64,000 nt of DNA from contig OX597814.1 of NCBI GenBank assembly GCA_951406725.2, positions 202,740,001 to 202,804,000 of the forward strand, given 5' to 3'. Below, piece after piece: positions 37,591 through 51,887 of this stretch. This DNA comes from Octopus vulgaris (lineage: Eukaryota). The notes beneath the pieces are model-generated. The model was not told where the DNA came from and searched no databases. It worked only from the letters and a program-made list of their open reading frames with translations. Numbering within the stretch: position 1 is the first letter of the stretch; each line of letters opens with the position of its first letter. The position numbers were made by a program, and so were the translations under genes.

Positions 37591-39334
37591 TATATTACTT
37601 TAAAGAGTAACTATCACTTTTAAAGTATCCAGAGTTAGCTGACCTGTAGATCTGTGCACATGACAAAAAAAGATTCTTCCAACATATGAATGGATCCATG
37701 TTTTTCCATTTGAGAAATCCTACTGGAGTAACTCTGTGTGTGTGTGTGTGTGTTTGTTTGTTTTTGAAAAAGGGTTGATCAAAGGTGGAGAATCTGTGGC
37801 CTGATAGGCATATGCATCCTTTGAAGCCCCTAAGTGTATCCTTTTGTAAGATGTATGGATTTTGCCTTTAAAAAATACCTTTTAGTCAGGAAACTTGCAA
37901 AACAAATACATAAACATAACCTTTTTGTTTATTTCACATTATAAATATATTTATTCTCATGCTTTTCAATTCCTAAAGAAAGCACATTAATTGGTCATTT
38001 TATATTTTTATGTCTAACTTTAATATCTATAATTACATTTTCATAAGAAATGTAATTATATTTTTCTGTATATTTAATAAAATTCTTTAATGAGGCCTTA
38101 TTAGATTACATTTAATTCAATGTTGTCCTCATATGCAAATAAATATATAAATAGAAAGAAAGAAAGAAGTGTTCTCACCTCTGTAGCCTACATAGTGGTG
38201 AACTTGATATATTGTTAATCTTGTATGTTGCCTTATTTTTCATTCTACCTTAATCTAAAATTTAAAGTAGATTATGAAACAGTTGCTCACTTATATGTAT
38301 AATTAAATAGAAGGCAGCAATAATAATAATAATGATGATGATGAGGATAATAATAATAATAATAATATTCCTGATGCAGTACAAGGCAGTGGCTCTCATG
38401 GCTTTTGAGCTTAACTTATTGAAGGTGTTAACATGTATATGGTTTACCTTGGTAATATAGATGGGCAACAGCAAATATTCTGCTCAGTACCACAGATTTG
38501 TTTGTCCGTTGCTTGACCTTAACCAGTTGAGCATATCCCTTAGTGGCTGACAATATGTGTATCTCTGACCAAAGGCAGGAGAAATGGGGGAGCATCATAG
38601 CCATGCGTTGAGATGGATTTTGGGGGATTTTATCACTCAGTCTTGGAAACATGAGTGTTTTGTTTATCATCTTTAAACAACCCTTATTCAGAGAATTTTT
38701 CTGTAGGATGTACTGTTTGACTTGAAAAAAATTCTAACTGGGCCTCATCTGCAAGGTCATGCACTGTTTAGCTCGATATAAGGTCACCATGTTGTGCACA
38801 TTTGGTTGTGGTGCATGTGCCTGGCGAAACCTTATCAGACGGGTAGTCATGATGGGTATATTGGGCTTCGTATGTTTGTGCCCCAGCATCACGTCAATGG
38901 CATATACTGCTCTCTCACTCTAATAATAATAGTCAACCTGTTTATTCATCTCCACACCTGCAAAACATTTTGCCATTATTCATAGTCTGTCACTAAGCTC
39001 TATATTTTATGATGTGGCTATGGGTGGGTTTTTGTTTCAAATAAATTAAAAGTCACACCTTCTTTAGAAAGTTAATACAATTGGAACTTACATCCCCCAC
39101 CCTTCCATCAGAAATTGTTACTGTTATGGCTTTCAATATCAAATAGATCATACTTGCTTTTTTTTTTTGTATCTGGGTGAAAAAAAATATATACAAAAAA
39201 ATTCTGTTATTAATTATTTCATCTTTGTAGTTAGTTTTGGTGTGAATATTGTTTCAAAATATGTTTGTCTTTACAGACATGACTGAAATATTTTTTCCTA
39301 CTTTGGTACAAGAACTTGCTGAAAAGTAATGTTA

Positions 39335-39700
39335 TCTCTATCTCTATGTATATAAACAGCAAAATGTCTGTGTATGTGTCCTTTATACAAAATCCACAAT
39401 TTTTCAGTTAGAGGGCTTGCACTTTCTATGGTCATTCAAAACCATCCAAGGGTGGTCGTGCACATCTTTACATTTCCCCAGTCACTCCGCAAAGCCATTA
39501 AAAAATCAATAGAAGTGACTTTTTTGTGAATCTTCTCTCTAAAACCCAATCAAAATGCCCAAAATTTGGTACGCCAATTTGAATGCCAGCTAGCTGTATG
39601 TGATTGGTCGGAGATTTGGACAGTACTCTCGTGTATGTGTGCATGCATGCAGCTGTATATGCATGCACTATGACCTGGCATTGCGGGTTCATAGTGCTAG
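39335..39700 (+). mobile_element. Non-autonomous Helitron-like element, intact copy
   Basis: A|TC start, terminal hairpin and CTAG|T; paralog of 2013-2598. Confidence 0.75.
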
Positions 39701-40218
39701 TATTTAATAATGTAATTCATGTTGGGCTCAAATTGTGCCCTCTCAAGCCCCCTCAGACTGCTCTCTACAGGTCCTCTCAGACTGCTGAAGCTGATGTAGA
39801 TGGGGTTTGATTTGAATTTCTGCAAATTGATTCTGTAGTGAATGTGAGAGAGCAAGGAGAGAATTCTAGAAAGGAGCAGCATCAGTAGATTGATTGGTTA
39901 AAGTGTTTATTGGGAAGTTTGGAGAATGAAACCAAATAGGGACCACAAGTGGAGAGGAGGAAGGTCCATCAGGTGAATGGAGGTAGAGAGGGTGTGGAGA
40001 AGGAAGTATCTAAGATTACATGAATTCAATGCTCCTCTTCTTTATTTCAGAAAGGAAGTTTTGATTTGAGGGAGGTTTCATGATTATTTCTAACTATTCA
40101 AATGACCACCTAGGGCAGTGGTTCTCAATCTAATTAATATCTGAGCCAGATCCCAAATCTGGATTTTGGGGAGCAGTGTGGGTTGAGGTGGACACAAAAG
40201 AAAATAATAAAACACAAA

Positions 40219-40410
40219 TCATCATCATCATCGTTTAGCGTCCACTTTCCATGCTAGCATGGGTTGGACTGGTACTTAATTTATTGACCCTGAAAGGATG
40301 AAAGGCAAAGTCGACCTTGGTGGAATTTGAACTCAGAACATAAAGACAGACGAAATACCGCTAAGCATTCTGCTCACCATGCTAACATTCCAGCCAGCTC
40401 GTCGCCTTGG
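40219..40410 (-). mobile_element. Chimeric family A head/Meta domain fused to a family C tail
   Basis: C tail at 40219-40270 joins directly to CTGGTACTTAATTTATTGACCC. Confidence 0.75.
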
Positions 40411-41182
40411 CACAAGACTTCATTAAAAAATTCCTCTGGCAGCACCAAACTTTTAAAACTTGTGCAGTTTGTTTCCTTTACATAAAGTGGATAGCTATAT
40501 TTGTATTTCTTTCGCAAATAATTCTTTCAAGACTATGAGAATTCATATTGCTGAAATTATTCCAAAATATTAAAATATTCTTTATTTATATTTATGTTGA
40601 AATTGAGTATTGATTTTGTTTGATTGTTTGGAATAAATGAATAATAATAATGTTGAGAAATGTCAAAATCTTCATTTTGAATATTATTTTTTAAAATAAT
40701 GATATTTCTACTGAATATTTATCTAATAGTCAGTAAAGCTATTTATATAGTACTTCACCTCTTTCAGGTATGCAAAACTCAAGAAATCATTCAAAGAACA
40801 GCATAGAAGAAAAATAAAACATTGAATTAAATCATTGATTCTCATAACTGAACTAAAGTATATCCATTGTATGAACAGAACAAAAAGCATTATATGTCAG
40901 TACTTGTTACATATGAAATAACAGCCAAATCTTCATGGAATCATATTTTTGTCATTATCATCATCATCATCATCATAGTTTTAACAGCTACTTTTCCATA
41001 CTTGTGTAGGCCAGACAGAGTTTTCTGAGACAGATTTTCTGTGGCTGGATGCCTTTCCTGTTGCTAAACCTTATTTATTTCCTAGCAAGAGATGTTTCCA
41101 CAGAATATTTGAAATGAACAGCACTGCTTGTATGATAGTGACAATCATTTACAGCTATCATACAATATCAAAACAAGGAGGA

Positions 41183-41810
41183 AGGTGGCAAACTGGCAGA
41201 AGGCAAAGTCAAATTCTGCCGAGGTTGACTTTGCCTTTCATCCTTTCGGGGGTCGATAAAATTAAGTACCAGTTATGCACTGGGGTCGATGTAATTGACT
41301 TAATCTGTTTGTCTGTCCTTGTTTGTCCCCTCTATGTTTAGCTCCTTGTGGGTAACAAAGAAATAAGAAACGTTAGCATGCCAAGCAAAATGCTTAGTGG
41401 TGGCATGTAAGAAGCACCAACCGATCAACATTGCCAGCCTCCTCTGGCCCCTGTGCTGGTGGCACATAAAAAGCACCCACTACACTCATGGAGTGGTTGG
41501 CGTTAGGAAGGACATCCAGCTGTAGAAACATTGCCAGATCAGACTGGAGCCTGCTACAGCCTCCTGGCTTCCCAGACCTCATTCGAACTGTCCAACCCAT
41601 GCTAGCATGGAGAACGGACGTTAAACGATGATGATGATGATATATTTCATGTCTTTACATTCTGAGTTCAAATTTCCATCAAGGTCAACTTTGCCTTTCA
41701 TCCTTTTGAGGTTGATAAATTAAGTACCAGTTACATACTGGGACCGATCTAATTGACTAGTCCCTCTCTCCAAAAATTTCAGGCCTTGTGCCTAGTGTAG
41801 AACAGAAAAG
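41183..41810 (+). mobile_element. Older family A SINE interrupted by a younger A copy (~41205-41368) and a C copy (41399-41641)
   Basis: Head pieces AGGTGGCAAACTGGCAGAA | ACGTTAGCATGCC...GCTTAGTGG | TATTTCATGTCTTTACATTCTGAGTTCAAA. Confidence 0.8.
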
Positions 41811-42420
41811 AATATCAAAACAGGGAGACACACATACACACAAGATGGGTCTCAATACATTCTTTGTCTACTAAATCCATTCACATGGCTTTGGTCAGCC
41901 CAGAGCTGCTGTAGGGAACACTTGCCCAAATTGTCACACTGTGGGACTGAAGCAGGAACCTTTTGGTTGGGAAGCAGGTAACTTACCACACAGCCATACC
42001 TGCAGATGTGTATGCTTTTGTGACAAACTGCAACACATGCCTCTACCTCTGTTTAAACCCTTTTCACACTAAACTGTTTGAGATTGCTCCCTGGTTTATG
42101 ATACACACTTGCTTTTCTTAAAGCAATATAATTAAAACTTCCATCAGAATTTCTTGTTAGTTCATGCTACAAACATCAGCTTAATATTGAAGTTATTTTA
42201 TTAAATTTTATTATTTTCAAAATTATATAAAATATAGGCATATAGGCATCAACAAAACTAAGATAGCATAAATGAGACATTGCCACTACTGAATAGAAAA
42301 TATACACAGTAGGTAGTAGAACTACAACACCTCTGCTACTACCCACACTATATCTATGAGATATATATATATGTATATATATAAATACATGATATATATA
42401 TGTATATATATATAAGTTAT

Positions 42421-42830
42421 CAGCATCATCATCATTGTTTAACATCTGTTTTCCATGCTGGCATGGGCAGAACGGTTTGACTGAGGTCTGGAAAGCCAGC
42501 GGCTGCTCCAGGCTCCAGTCTGATCTAGTAAAGTTTCTATTGCTGGATGCTCTTCCTAACGCCAACAACTTCAAGAGTGTAGTGGGTGCTTTTTATGTGA
42601 TACTGGTATGGGAGCCAGTCAGGGGGCGCTGGCATCGACCACATTTTGATGATGCTTTTTATGTGACAGCAGCACAGGAGCCAGCATGGTGGGCCTGACA
42701 TCGGCCATGTTTGGATAGTGCTTTTTATGAACCAGCAGCACAGGAGGCAGCCAGGTGGGCTTGGTATTAGCCATGTTTGGATAGGGCTTTTTATGTGCCA
42801 CTGGCACGGGAGCCAGTCAGGTGGGCCTGG
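42421..42830 (-). mobile_element. SINE family C with four internal units
   Basis: Repeated GCTTTTTATGTG...GGAGCCAGTCAGG. Confidence 0.85.
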
Positions 42831-43249
42831 GTTTGTTATATATCTTTCATCCATTAGTTCTTTGTCATTTGACTGTGGCCATGCTGGAGCACTGCTTTGA
42901 AGGGTTTTAGTTAAACAAGCAAGTCCAGTACTATTTCTTTTTTTTTTTTTTTGTCTGCTACTTATTCTATTAGTCTCTTTTACTGAACCACGAAGTTATG
43001 TGAGTGAAAGCAAACCAACACTGGTCGGCAAGTGATATGTGTGTGTAGGAGGGAAACAGAGATAAAGACACACACACATGATGGGCTTCCACACAGTTTC
43101 CATCTACCAAATTCACTCACAGGGTATCAGTTGGCTTGAGGCTTTCATAGAAAACATTTGCCCAAGGTACTGCGCAGTGGGATTGAACCCACAACAAGGT
43201 TGCAAAGCAAGCTTCATAACCACACAGCCATGCCTGCAGCTATGATACT

Positions 43250-43637
43250 CTCTCTTTTACTCTTTTACTTGTTTCAGTCATTTGACTGCGGCCATACTGG
43301 AGCACCACCTTTAATCAAGCAACTCGACTCCGGGACTTATTCTATCGGTCCCTTTTGCCGAACCGCTAAGTGACGGAGACATAAACACACCAGCATCGGT
43401 TGTCAAGTAATGCTAGAGGGACAAACACAGACACATAAACACACACACGCATATATATATATATACATATATACGACGGGCTTCTTTCAGTTTCCGTCTA
43501 CCAAATCCACTCACAAGGCTTTGGTCGGCCCGAGGCTATAGCAGAAGACACTTGCCCAAGATGCCACACAGTGGGACTGAACCCGGAACCATGTGGCTGG
43601 TTAGCAAGCTACTTACCACACAGCCACTCCTGCGCCT
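43250..43637 (-). mobile_element. Young CpG-rich SINE family B; an older B copy precedes it at 42840-43240
   Basis: Near-consensus sequence with CpGs retained. Confidence 0.92.
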
Positions 43638-44487
43638 ATAAGATATTTTCTTTAAAAATAAGTTTATGATGCCATAACACTTCCTCGTGATTTATTCAAT
43701 ATGCAACAGTTAAAGAAATATCGAAACTCACTGTTCTGTGGAATATTCAGCCATTTACATATAATGTGACAAGGCTGCCTCTTTTGAATTACTTTCAGCA
43801 AATGACAGTTCCATTCATTGAATAACTAGAACTCTCACATTGTCAAAGCCAACACAAGATCCATCATGGTAGCACAGTGTTACTCACAATTCTAATGGAG
43901 GGACATTTATAACATGTTATTTCTGAAAGCAAAAATAATATTGATTAATGCTGACTGTAAAATATAGGCAGGGAGAAATCCTAAAAAAAGAATTTCATCA
44001 TATCAGTTACTTACTATTTTAAAGACATATAGATCTCTCTTAAACTTTCTTATTTTACGTTTCAATATTATTTGCAGATTTTTACTTTCAATTTCAACAA
44101 TTTCACGTTTCATTAATTTTTCTTATATCCTTCGTCATTTATCAGTAAAAATACTTCTATTTATTTATTCCTTTTCTTAATAGAAGTCAATATTACCTTA
44201 TTTCTAATTACCGAATTTTGGAAAAAAAAAATTCCTTTAAATTCCATCTCGGTTGAATTTATTTCCAGTGCAACTCCTACATTAAATATTTAAGATGCAT
44301 GCACACAAAAGTTAATGAGTTATTTAGAGCTCAAAGTCATGTGAACAAACAGACAATTGTTATGCACAAACGAGCATTCTTGCACTCATGCACTCACAAA
44401 CGTGCATCCAAACGTGCATATTATAATCAGTATCCAAGTGTATTTAGCAAACTTATATTTCCAATATTTATCTTTCTAATTGAACAA

Positions 44488-44492
44488 TGTGA

Positions 44493-44533
<41 letters not shown>

Positions 44534-44711
44534 AGATAGATAGATAAAAAGATGGATAGGTAGATAGATAGATAGAAAGATATATAGGTAGATAGATAGA
44601 CAGATAGATAGGTAGATAGATCGATAGATAGATAGGTGGGTAGGTAGGTAGGTAGGTATATAGATAGATAGATAGATAGAAAGCTAGCTAGCTAGATAGA
44701 TAGATAGGCAG

Positions 44712-44742
<31 letters not shown>

Positions 44743-44900
44743 AATAGATAGATAGATAGACAGATAGATAGACAGAAAGATATATAGACAAATAGATAGA
44801 TAGATGGATAGGTAAGTAGATAGAGAGAGAAAGAGATAGAGAGATCTATTTATATGTATATGTGTTAGCGTACATGTGTCTGTGTGTCTATGTAGATAGA
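44488..44900. repeat. Long compound (TA)n/(GATA)n/(GGTA)n microsatellite
   Basis: Direct reading. Confidence 0.95.
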
Positions 44901-45269
44901 TTGGTAAATTGCTTCCAATTTTCAATCATTTGTTACTTTCTCTTTATTGAATGCAATTGCATTGGTGGCTTTGGAAGTGGTTTTCTGTCTTTCGTTTTAG
45001 TCTATTATTGTCATTGCTGACTGGTATTTATTTTACGCACAAACAAAATGGTAAAGAGAATCTATTTAAGATAGTCACATTTTTTATTACATTGTTGAAA
45101 GAACCGTTTATGTGTTTTAATTTTGGTTTCTGAAGCATCATTCTAATGGTAAGGGGAAAAAAATCCACTTCTCATCTCAGTGGTCTCAGGTTTGATCTTT
45201 ACTGCACAGTACCTTGGGCAAATATCTTCTACTCTCGAATCTTTGTGTGGGTGTGTGTGCATGTTTGTA

Positions 45270-45600
45270 TCATCATCATCATCATGTGTCCATTGTCTAT
45301 GCTGTCATGGGTTGGATGGTTTGTCCGGGGCTGGTAAGCTGGAAGGCGGCACCGGACTTCAGTCTGTTTTAGCATGGTTTTCTACAGCTGCATGACCTTC
45401 CTAACACCAACCACTCCGAGAGTGTAATGGGTGCTTTAACATGCCACTGGCATGGGTGCCATTCGTGTGGCACCTGTATCTGCCACAACTGCAATTTTGC
45501 TCAGCTTGATGGGTCTTCTACTCAAGCACAACATCATGCCAAAGGTCTTGATCATTGCCTCCTTGAGGCCCAATGCTCAAAAGGAACTCAACCACTTAGA
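45270..45600 (-). mobile_element. SINE family C variant
   Basis: Same variant as 53291-53650. Confidence 0.75.
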
Positions 45601-46164
45601 TACTGTCAGATGAAATATTACGAAGCATTTCACCCAGTGTACTAACGATTCTGCCACCTTGCCGCCTTATCCATAGAGGAAATATTAGCTGGTTTGTCAG
45701 CAGAGGGTTGACAAGAAGACCATCAGGCCATAGAAAATCTACCTCATTAAAATGATGATCAGATCCACACACATTCTTTCTCTCTCTCCCTCTCTTCTCT
45801 CTCTCTCACTCTCTCTCTCTCTCTCTTTCTGTGAACCTTACTCTGAAACTAGATCATAAAGAACTTTCTTCAGGCTAATATTAACAATTTCAAACATAGA
45901 TACAATTAATTATGCATATTTTAAATTCAACCCTTCTCATACCAACCCACATATAAACTGCCTCTGTTTATATGATGCAAACTTCCTGATTTAAACTGAT
46001 TTGAATTAATATCTTGCATCAATATTTCATGTTAATTTATGTTCCAGACATCAGTTTAACAATAAGAGTCATGTTACTAAACTTTTCATTAATTGAAATA
46101 AAGGGAATGTTGTTCAACAGAAATATGGTAACAAAAGTGTTAAAAAGCATTGCAGGATTACTGG

Positions 46165-46550
46165 TGGAGGTGCAATGGCCCAGTGGTTAGGGCAGTGGGC
46201 TTGCGGTCATAGGATCGCAGTTTCAATTCCCAGACCAGGCATTGTGAGTGTTTATTGAGCAAAAGCACTTAAAGCTCCACGAGACTCCATCAGGGGGTGG
46301 TGGTGGCGAACCCTGCTGTACTCTTTCACCACAACTTTCTCTCACTCTTTTTTCCTGTTTCTGTTGTACCTGTATGTCAAAGGGCCAGCCTTGTCACATT
46401 CCGTGTCACACTGAATCTCTCTGAGAACTACGTTAAGGGTACACTTGTCTGTGGAGTGCTCAGTCAATTGCGCATTAATTTCATGAGCAGGCTGTTCCGT
46501 TGATTGGATCAACTGCAACCTTTGTCATCGTAACCAACAGCGTGCCGTAG
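46165..46550 (+). mobile_element. SINE family E with (GTA)n tail
   Basis: Aligns with 37204-37590. Confidence 0.85.
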
Positions 46551-47439
46551 TAGTTGTAGTAGTAGTACTAGTAGTAACTACTAGAATAATTAGTTGAAAC
46601 AGTTATTAAAAGAGTATTTTTGCAGCTCTTATCTTTCAACAATGCATTCACAGCCATGTCCACTTCTGTACAACATGTCTTTACTTCCCTGCGGTGAAGG
46701 TGCAGGTCTTAGTGTTTAGAGCAGTTGGCTCATAATCATAAGGTCACAAGTTCGATTCCTGTTATTTGTTCCTATTCACCCAGCAGTCAAATGACTGAAA
46801 CAAATAAAGGAGTACTCGCGTCTGTGAAATCCTCAGCCAGTTTCACGTTAATTCCACAAGCAATTTGTTCCATTGATTGGTTCTACTGGAACCCTTATTG
46901 TTGTAACCAAGAGAGTGTCAGTTACTTCCCCTTATCTTAAGGGTACCCTGACATATTTACTCCACCATCTTCTCTCCTCTCTCTTCCACTTGGTGTAGCT
47001 AGAGTGTCTCCTCTACAGTAAGACATCTGTTCTTGTCACATCTCTCATACTTTTACTTCTCATTCCCTGGCACAAAGCCTCTTCTCTTGTCACTGCTTCT
47101 CCCTCAATCGAGGTGATCTTATTTTGCAAGTTACTAGTTGACCTCACTAATGCCAGAACCACATGAAAAGCACTTTGGAAAGTGGTTGGTGTCAAGAAGG
47201 GTATCTAGCTGTAGAAACCATGCCAAAGCAGACAGTGGAACTTGACACAGTCCTCTGGCTTACCAGTTCCCCTCAACCCATCCAACCCATGCCAGCATGG
47301 AAAAACAAACATTAACAGACAAAAGATGAGGGAGAAGAGTGTGTATAACTGAAACTGAAAGACAGGCTTCTACTATTGTTCTCATTATAGATCAATCAAA
47401 CTGTAATTAGTAAATAGGTTTAGTCCTAACCCTATGCTA

Positions 47440-47645
47440 GCAGAATTATTAGCACACTGGGCAAAATGTTTAGTGGCATTTTGTCTGTCCTTACATTCCA
47501 AGTTCAAATTCTACTGAGGTCAACTTTGCCTTTCATCCTTTCAGGGTCAATAGATTAAGTACCAGTGAAGCACTGGGATTGATGTAATCGACTGGCCCCC
47601 TCCCCCAAAATTTGAGACCTTCTTCCTCCAGTTGAAAGGATTATT
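47440..47645 (+). mobile_element. SINE family A (older subfamily)
   Basis: Meta-like domain and CCCCTCCCCCAAAATTT tail. Confidence 0.8.
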
Positions 47646-48354
47646 AATGTAGTGATAAAAGATCTCTAAAGGATTATATTTTCTACACCAGATTTAACAA
47701 TTAAAGTAACCAACTAAATTTGATCAACAGTTGAAAATAGATTTTTGAGTATGTAAACAAATAATTGAATTTATGTGCTCAAGGATATTAAATATTTTGA
47801 TTAAAAACAACAAACGTTAATATCTTTTTATTTTTTTTTTGTATCTTTCATTTTTGTCTCTTTATGAAATTCCTTATTTCATAAATGATATGAAAACAAA
47901 CTGATATTTCTATGGCAACTGGTATTCTAATCTCATTTGTTTATTAATGGATTAATTAATCAATAGGTAATAAGCACAGACTTAGATCAAATGGCTAAAA
48001 ACTTGTTTTGCATCCACGTAGTTCTGAGTTCAGTCCCACAGAGTGGCACCTTGGGCAAGTATCTTCTATAGTGCTATTGCCTTGTGAGTGAACTTGATCA
48101 ATGGAAACTGTATGGAAGCACATATCATATATGTGTGTGTTTGTTTGTGTGTGTGTGTCTATGTTTTTCTCTCTACCCTTTGACAACCGGTGTTAGCATG
48201 TTTACATCCCCATTACTGTTTTGGCAAAAGAGACTAATAGAATGAATACCTGACATAAAAAATAAGCAGTGAAGTTGATTTATTTAACTGAAAAATCCTT
48301 CAAGGTGAGGCCTCAGCATGGCTGCTGCCTAAAATGCATATTGATGTTTTCAAG

Positions 48355-48736
48355 TTTGTGCTGGCACCGCGTAAAAAGCACCAATTCTGAAGCCACATAA
48401 AGAGCACTTTGGCCGGCACTTCATAGGAAGTGCCCATGCTGATGCCACATGAAGAGTACCCATGCTAGTGCTATGTAACAAAGTACCCTTTGTTGGTGAC
48501 TGCACATAGAAAGCACCTGTGCTGGTACAACGTAATAGTTACCCATGCTGGGGTCACATAAAAGCTCTCAGTACACTCTGAAAAGTGGATTGTCTTAGGA
48601 AGGGCATCCTCCAGCTGTAGAAACCATGCTGAAACAGACGATTGGAGCCTGATACAGCTCTCTGACTTGCCTGTTTGTCAAACCATCCAACCCATGACAG
48701 CATGGAAGACAGGCATTAAATGATGATGATGATGAT
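48355..48736 (+). mobile_element. Family C variant with about eight 26-bp units
   Basis: Degenerate repeats of GTGCTGGTGCCACGTAAAAAGCACCC before the C body; preceded by a B copy at 47990-48330. Confidence 0.8.
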
Positions 48737-49321
48737 GTGCTAAGCTTTGAGGAAATGATTATAAAATGAAGAGTTTTTTTTTCTTTACATTATCTTGGTG
48801 TTTTTTATTATCAGTATATTTCCTTCACCAGAATATCAAAATACATTAATATTTATCATGCTACCAACTAAAGAATAAAGAAAACAATATTTTGAATTTG
48901 ATTTCCTTTCTTCTTTTACCATTCCTCTACAAAATTAGTATACTCACTAAACTATTTAAGATCAGTTTACGTTAAGTTTTACACAAAAATCTTGATGAGA
49001 GAATCTCTTTCCAAACTAAATTAACACTTTCAAGGTAAGATGGGAACAATCTGCAATACACAAATATAATTATAGCAATTATTTCTGAAAGTTCTAATTT
49101 ATTAAGTTGTACAGAGCAGAAGATTAATTGCTTTTTAAGTCTATTCATTGATATCTCTCTTAGCTTTGAGATGTATTTGATTAAATGTGAAGCAGGTGCG
49201 GGGGAGACTCTGAGAAGATCTGGTATTCATTTGCTTCATTTGATATACTATGTTCAAGTTTCACATTATTCTTTATATTTTGATATATATATATATATAT
49301 ATTATATATTTTCATATATGT

Positions 49322-49632
49322 ATCCATGTTGGTGCCATGTAAAAAGCACTTGTGATGGCGCCATGCAAAAAGCACCCTTGTTGGTGTCACCCAAGTTGGT
49401 ACCATATATAAAGCTCCTATGCTTGTGCCACATAAAAAGTAGTCGTACTGGTGCCATGAAAAAGCACCCAGTACACTCTGTAAAGTGGTTGGCATTAGGA
49501 AGGGCATCTAGCCTTAGAAACCATACCAAAACAGACAATCGGAGTCTGGTGCAGCCTTCTGGCTTGCCAGCTCCTCTCACACCATCCGACCCATACCAGC
49601 ATTGAAAGCAGATATTAAATGATGATGATGAT
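49322..49632 (+). mobile_element. Family C variant with about five 26-bp units
   Basis: Same unit as 48355-48570. Confidence 0.8.
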
Positions 49633-49664
49633 ATATGCAGCCCAAAATTTTGTTTTTTATTCTT

Positions 49665-50032
49665 TCATTTCTTTAGTTGTTTCTTTCATGTGACTGCACC
49701 CATGCTGGAGCACCACCTTTAGTTGAACAAATCGACCCCAGCACTTATTTGTTGCAAGCCTAGTACTTATTCTATCAGTCTTTTTTGCTGAACTACTAAG
49801 TTACAGAGACATAAACACAGCAACATCGGTTGTCAAACGATGGTGTGGGACAAACACAGGCATTCAAATACATGCATACATACATACATACATACATATG
49901 ATGGGCTTCTTTCAGTTTCCATCTACCAAATCCACTCGCAAGGCTTTGGTCAGCCGAGATTATAATAGAAGAGACTTGCCCAAGGTGCCAAGTGGTAGGG
50001 AAGCCAGCTTCTTACCACACAGCCACTCCTGT
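49665..50032 (-). mobile_element. SINE family B
   Basis: Reverse consensus match. Confidence 0.85.
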
Positions 50033-51325
50033 GTTTAAGTTTTGTCTTTCATTTCATATTTTCATATTTCAAACGGATAAAATTCGAACATAGTCGTGTA
50101 TTTAATGAAACATGCATAAAAGAAAAGCTGTTGTCCATGTATGTGTGTGCACACGTTTGTATCGGCACACACATATTGTTGCAGACAATATATGTATTAT
50201 TTATTGGAAAGAACAATCTGACTGACTTTCTTTACTGTTTGAATATAAAGACTATTTCATTTTATATTCTGTTGATAAATATAAAGATAAACTCCATAAA
50301 AACCATTTTATTTTGCTGTTTAAAATCCTTAGCCGAACCATTATTAACACTGGTAATTCACAGGATATGAATGTTATACTCTCTGTTCTTTATTGCAGTT
50401 ATCTTTTTTTTAAAAATAGATAACTGAATATTGAGACAGGTTTTGTTTTATTCTATTTCCCATTTAAAAACAAACTGGAATCTAATAAATCAAGCTTTAT
50501 AATAGAACTTTTAACAAAAACCTAAAAATAAACTATTCATTGCAATCATTCCTGATAGAATTCATTGTTAGTGATCTTTTACTGTTATGATTATAGACAA
50601 AATAATTCATTCTGATTCTTATCTTAATAAATCCTTATAAACAGATAGAGAGACAGACAGACAGAGAGAGAGAAAAAAAACAACTCCTTCTAGCATATTC
50701 TGTTTCATTTCAGAATCAATATTGACTAAAATCTTTTAAATATATGTATATATCTGATTTAGATATGTAATATTTACATATTAGCTAATAAATAAGATTA
50801 CTACTTCAAGATAGTGTTTAAAACATTTGTTAGTAATACTCTAACTTTTAGTACTCAATCCTTTAGACTGTACCAGACTTGTATGAAAGTATCTTTTCAT
50901 TGTAATGTATTGTTATTTGATGCATCGTTAATAAGAAAGAGGGAAAAAAATGAAACAAACTGACAGTTCCAAGGAAATTTATATGTTGTTAGTATCACCG
51001 TTGTACATCTTTTAGTTTGGTTATGTTATATGGAAAAAAGAAAATGGTAAAACCATAATTTCTTTGATTCTTCATAGCTGGCCTTAATTCTTCTCTATCA
51101 TTTTTTTTTTTTTTGTTTTTTGTTTTTCTTCTCTGCAAAGAGTTGAACTAACTCCCAATGAGACGTAATTACTTTTGTGTGTATAAATATATTTCCTGTT
51201 TCGGTATCTGACTTTTTTTCTTTCTCTAGTAAAGGTGGCAAGACAGTTGAATTGTTAGAGCATCAGACGAAATGCTTAGCAGCATTTATTTTGGGGTTTT
51301 TTTATCAATCAAAAGCCTGCTAGTT

Positions 51326-51780
51326 AGGCACAGGGGAAGCTGTGTGGTAACGAGTTTGCTTCCCAACCACATGGTTCTGGGTTCAGTCCCACTGTATGGC
51401 ACCTTGAGGAAGTGACTTCTATGATAGTCTCAGGCTGACCACAGCCTTGTGAGTGGATTTGGTAGGCGGAAACTGAAAGAAGCCAATCATGAGTGCATGT
51501 GTGTGGCTTTGTGTCTGTGTGACTTTGTGGCTGTGTGTGTGTGTGTGTGTGTGTGTGGCTTTGTGGATGTGTTTGTCCCCTGCCACTGTTTGACAACTGG
51601 TGTAGGTGTGTTTACATCTGTGTAACCTAGCAGTTCAGCAAAAGAGACCGATACAATAAGTACCAAGCTTTAAAAAATTCAGCGCTTGGGTCATCAATTC
51701 ATTCAACTAAAATTCTTCATGGCAGTGCCCCAGCATGACCGCAATCTAATGACTGAAACAAGTAAAAGATGAAAAGATAA
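51326..51780 (+). mobile_element. SINE family B
   Basis: Full head-to-tail match with expanded (TG)n. Confidence 0.88.
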
Positions 51781-51887
51781 TATTACCCTTAAAAATAAAA
51801 CAAGCAGTCAATTGATCTTCCTTATAAATGAACAGTAATTCGGTTAAGAATATTTCAAATGATATAATAACTATATCAATAGTATTA

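Noticed and set aside
38350-38930. GC-richer block bounded by (AAT)n, probably an interspersed repeat
   Set aside because: Single copy in the window with no diagnostic motif
39720-40020. Degenerate LINE 3' end on the minus strand (INLQKFKSN); similar at 25190-25380
   Set aside because: Too decayed to assign boundaries or family
40530-44300. Possible faint inverted similarity between 40530-40740 and 43960-44300
   Set aside because: Only 9-12-bp AT-rich matches, compatible with chance; needs a computed alignment
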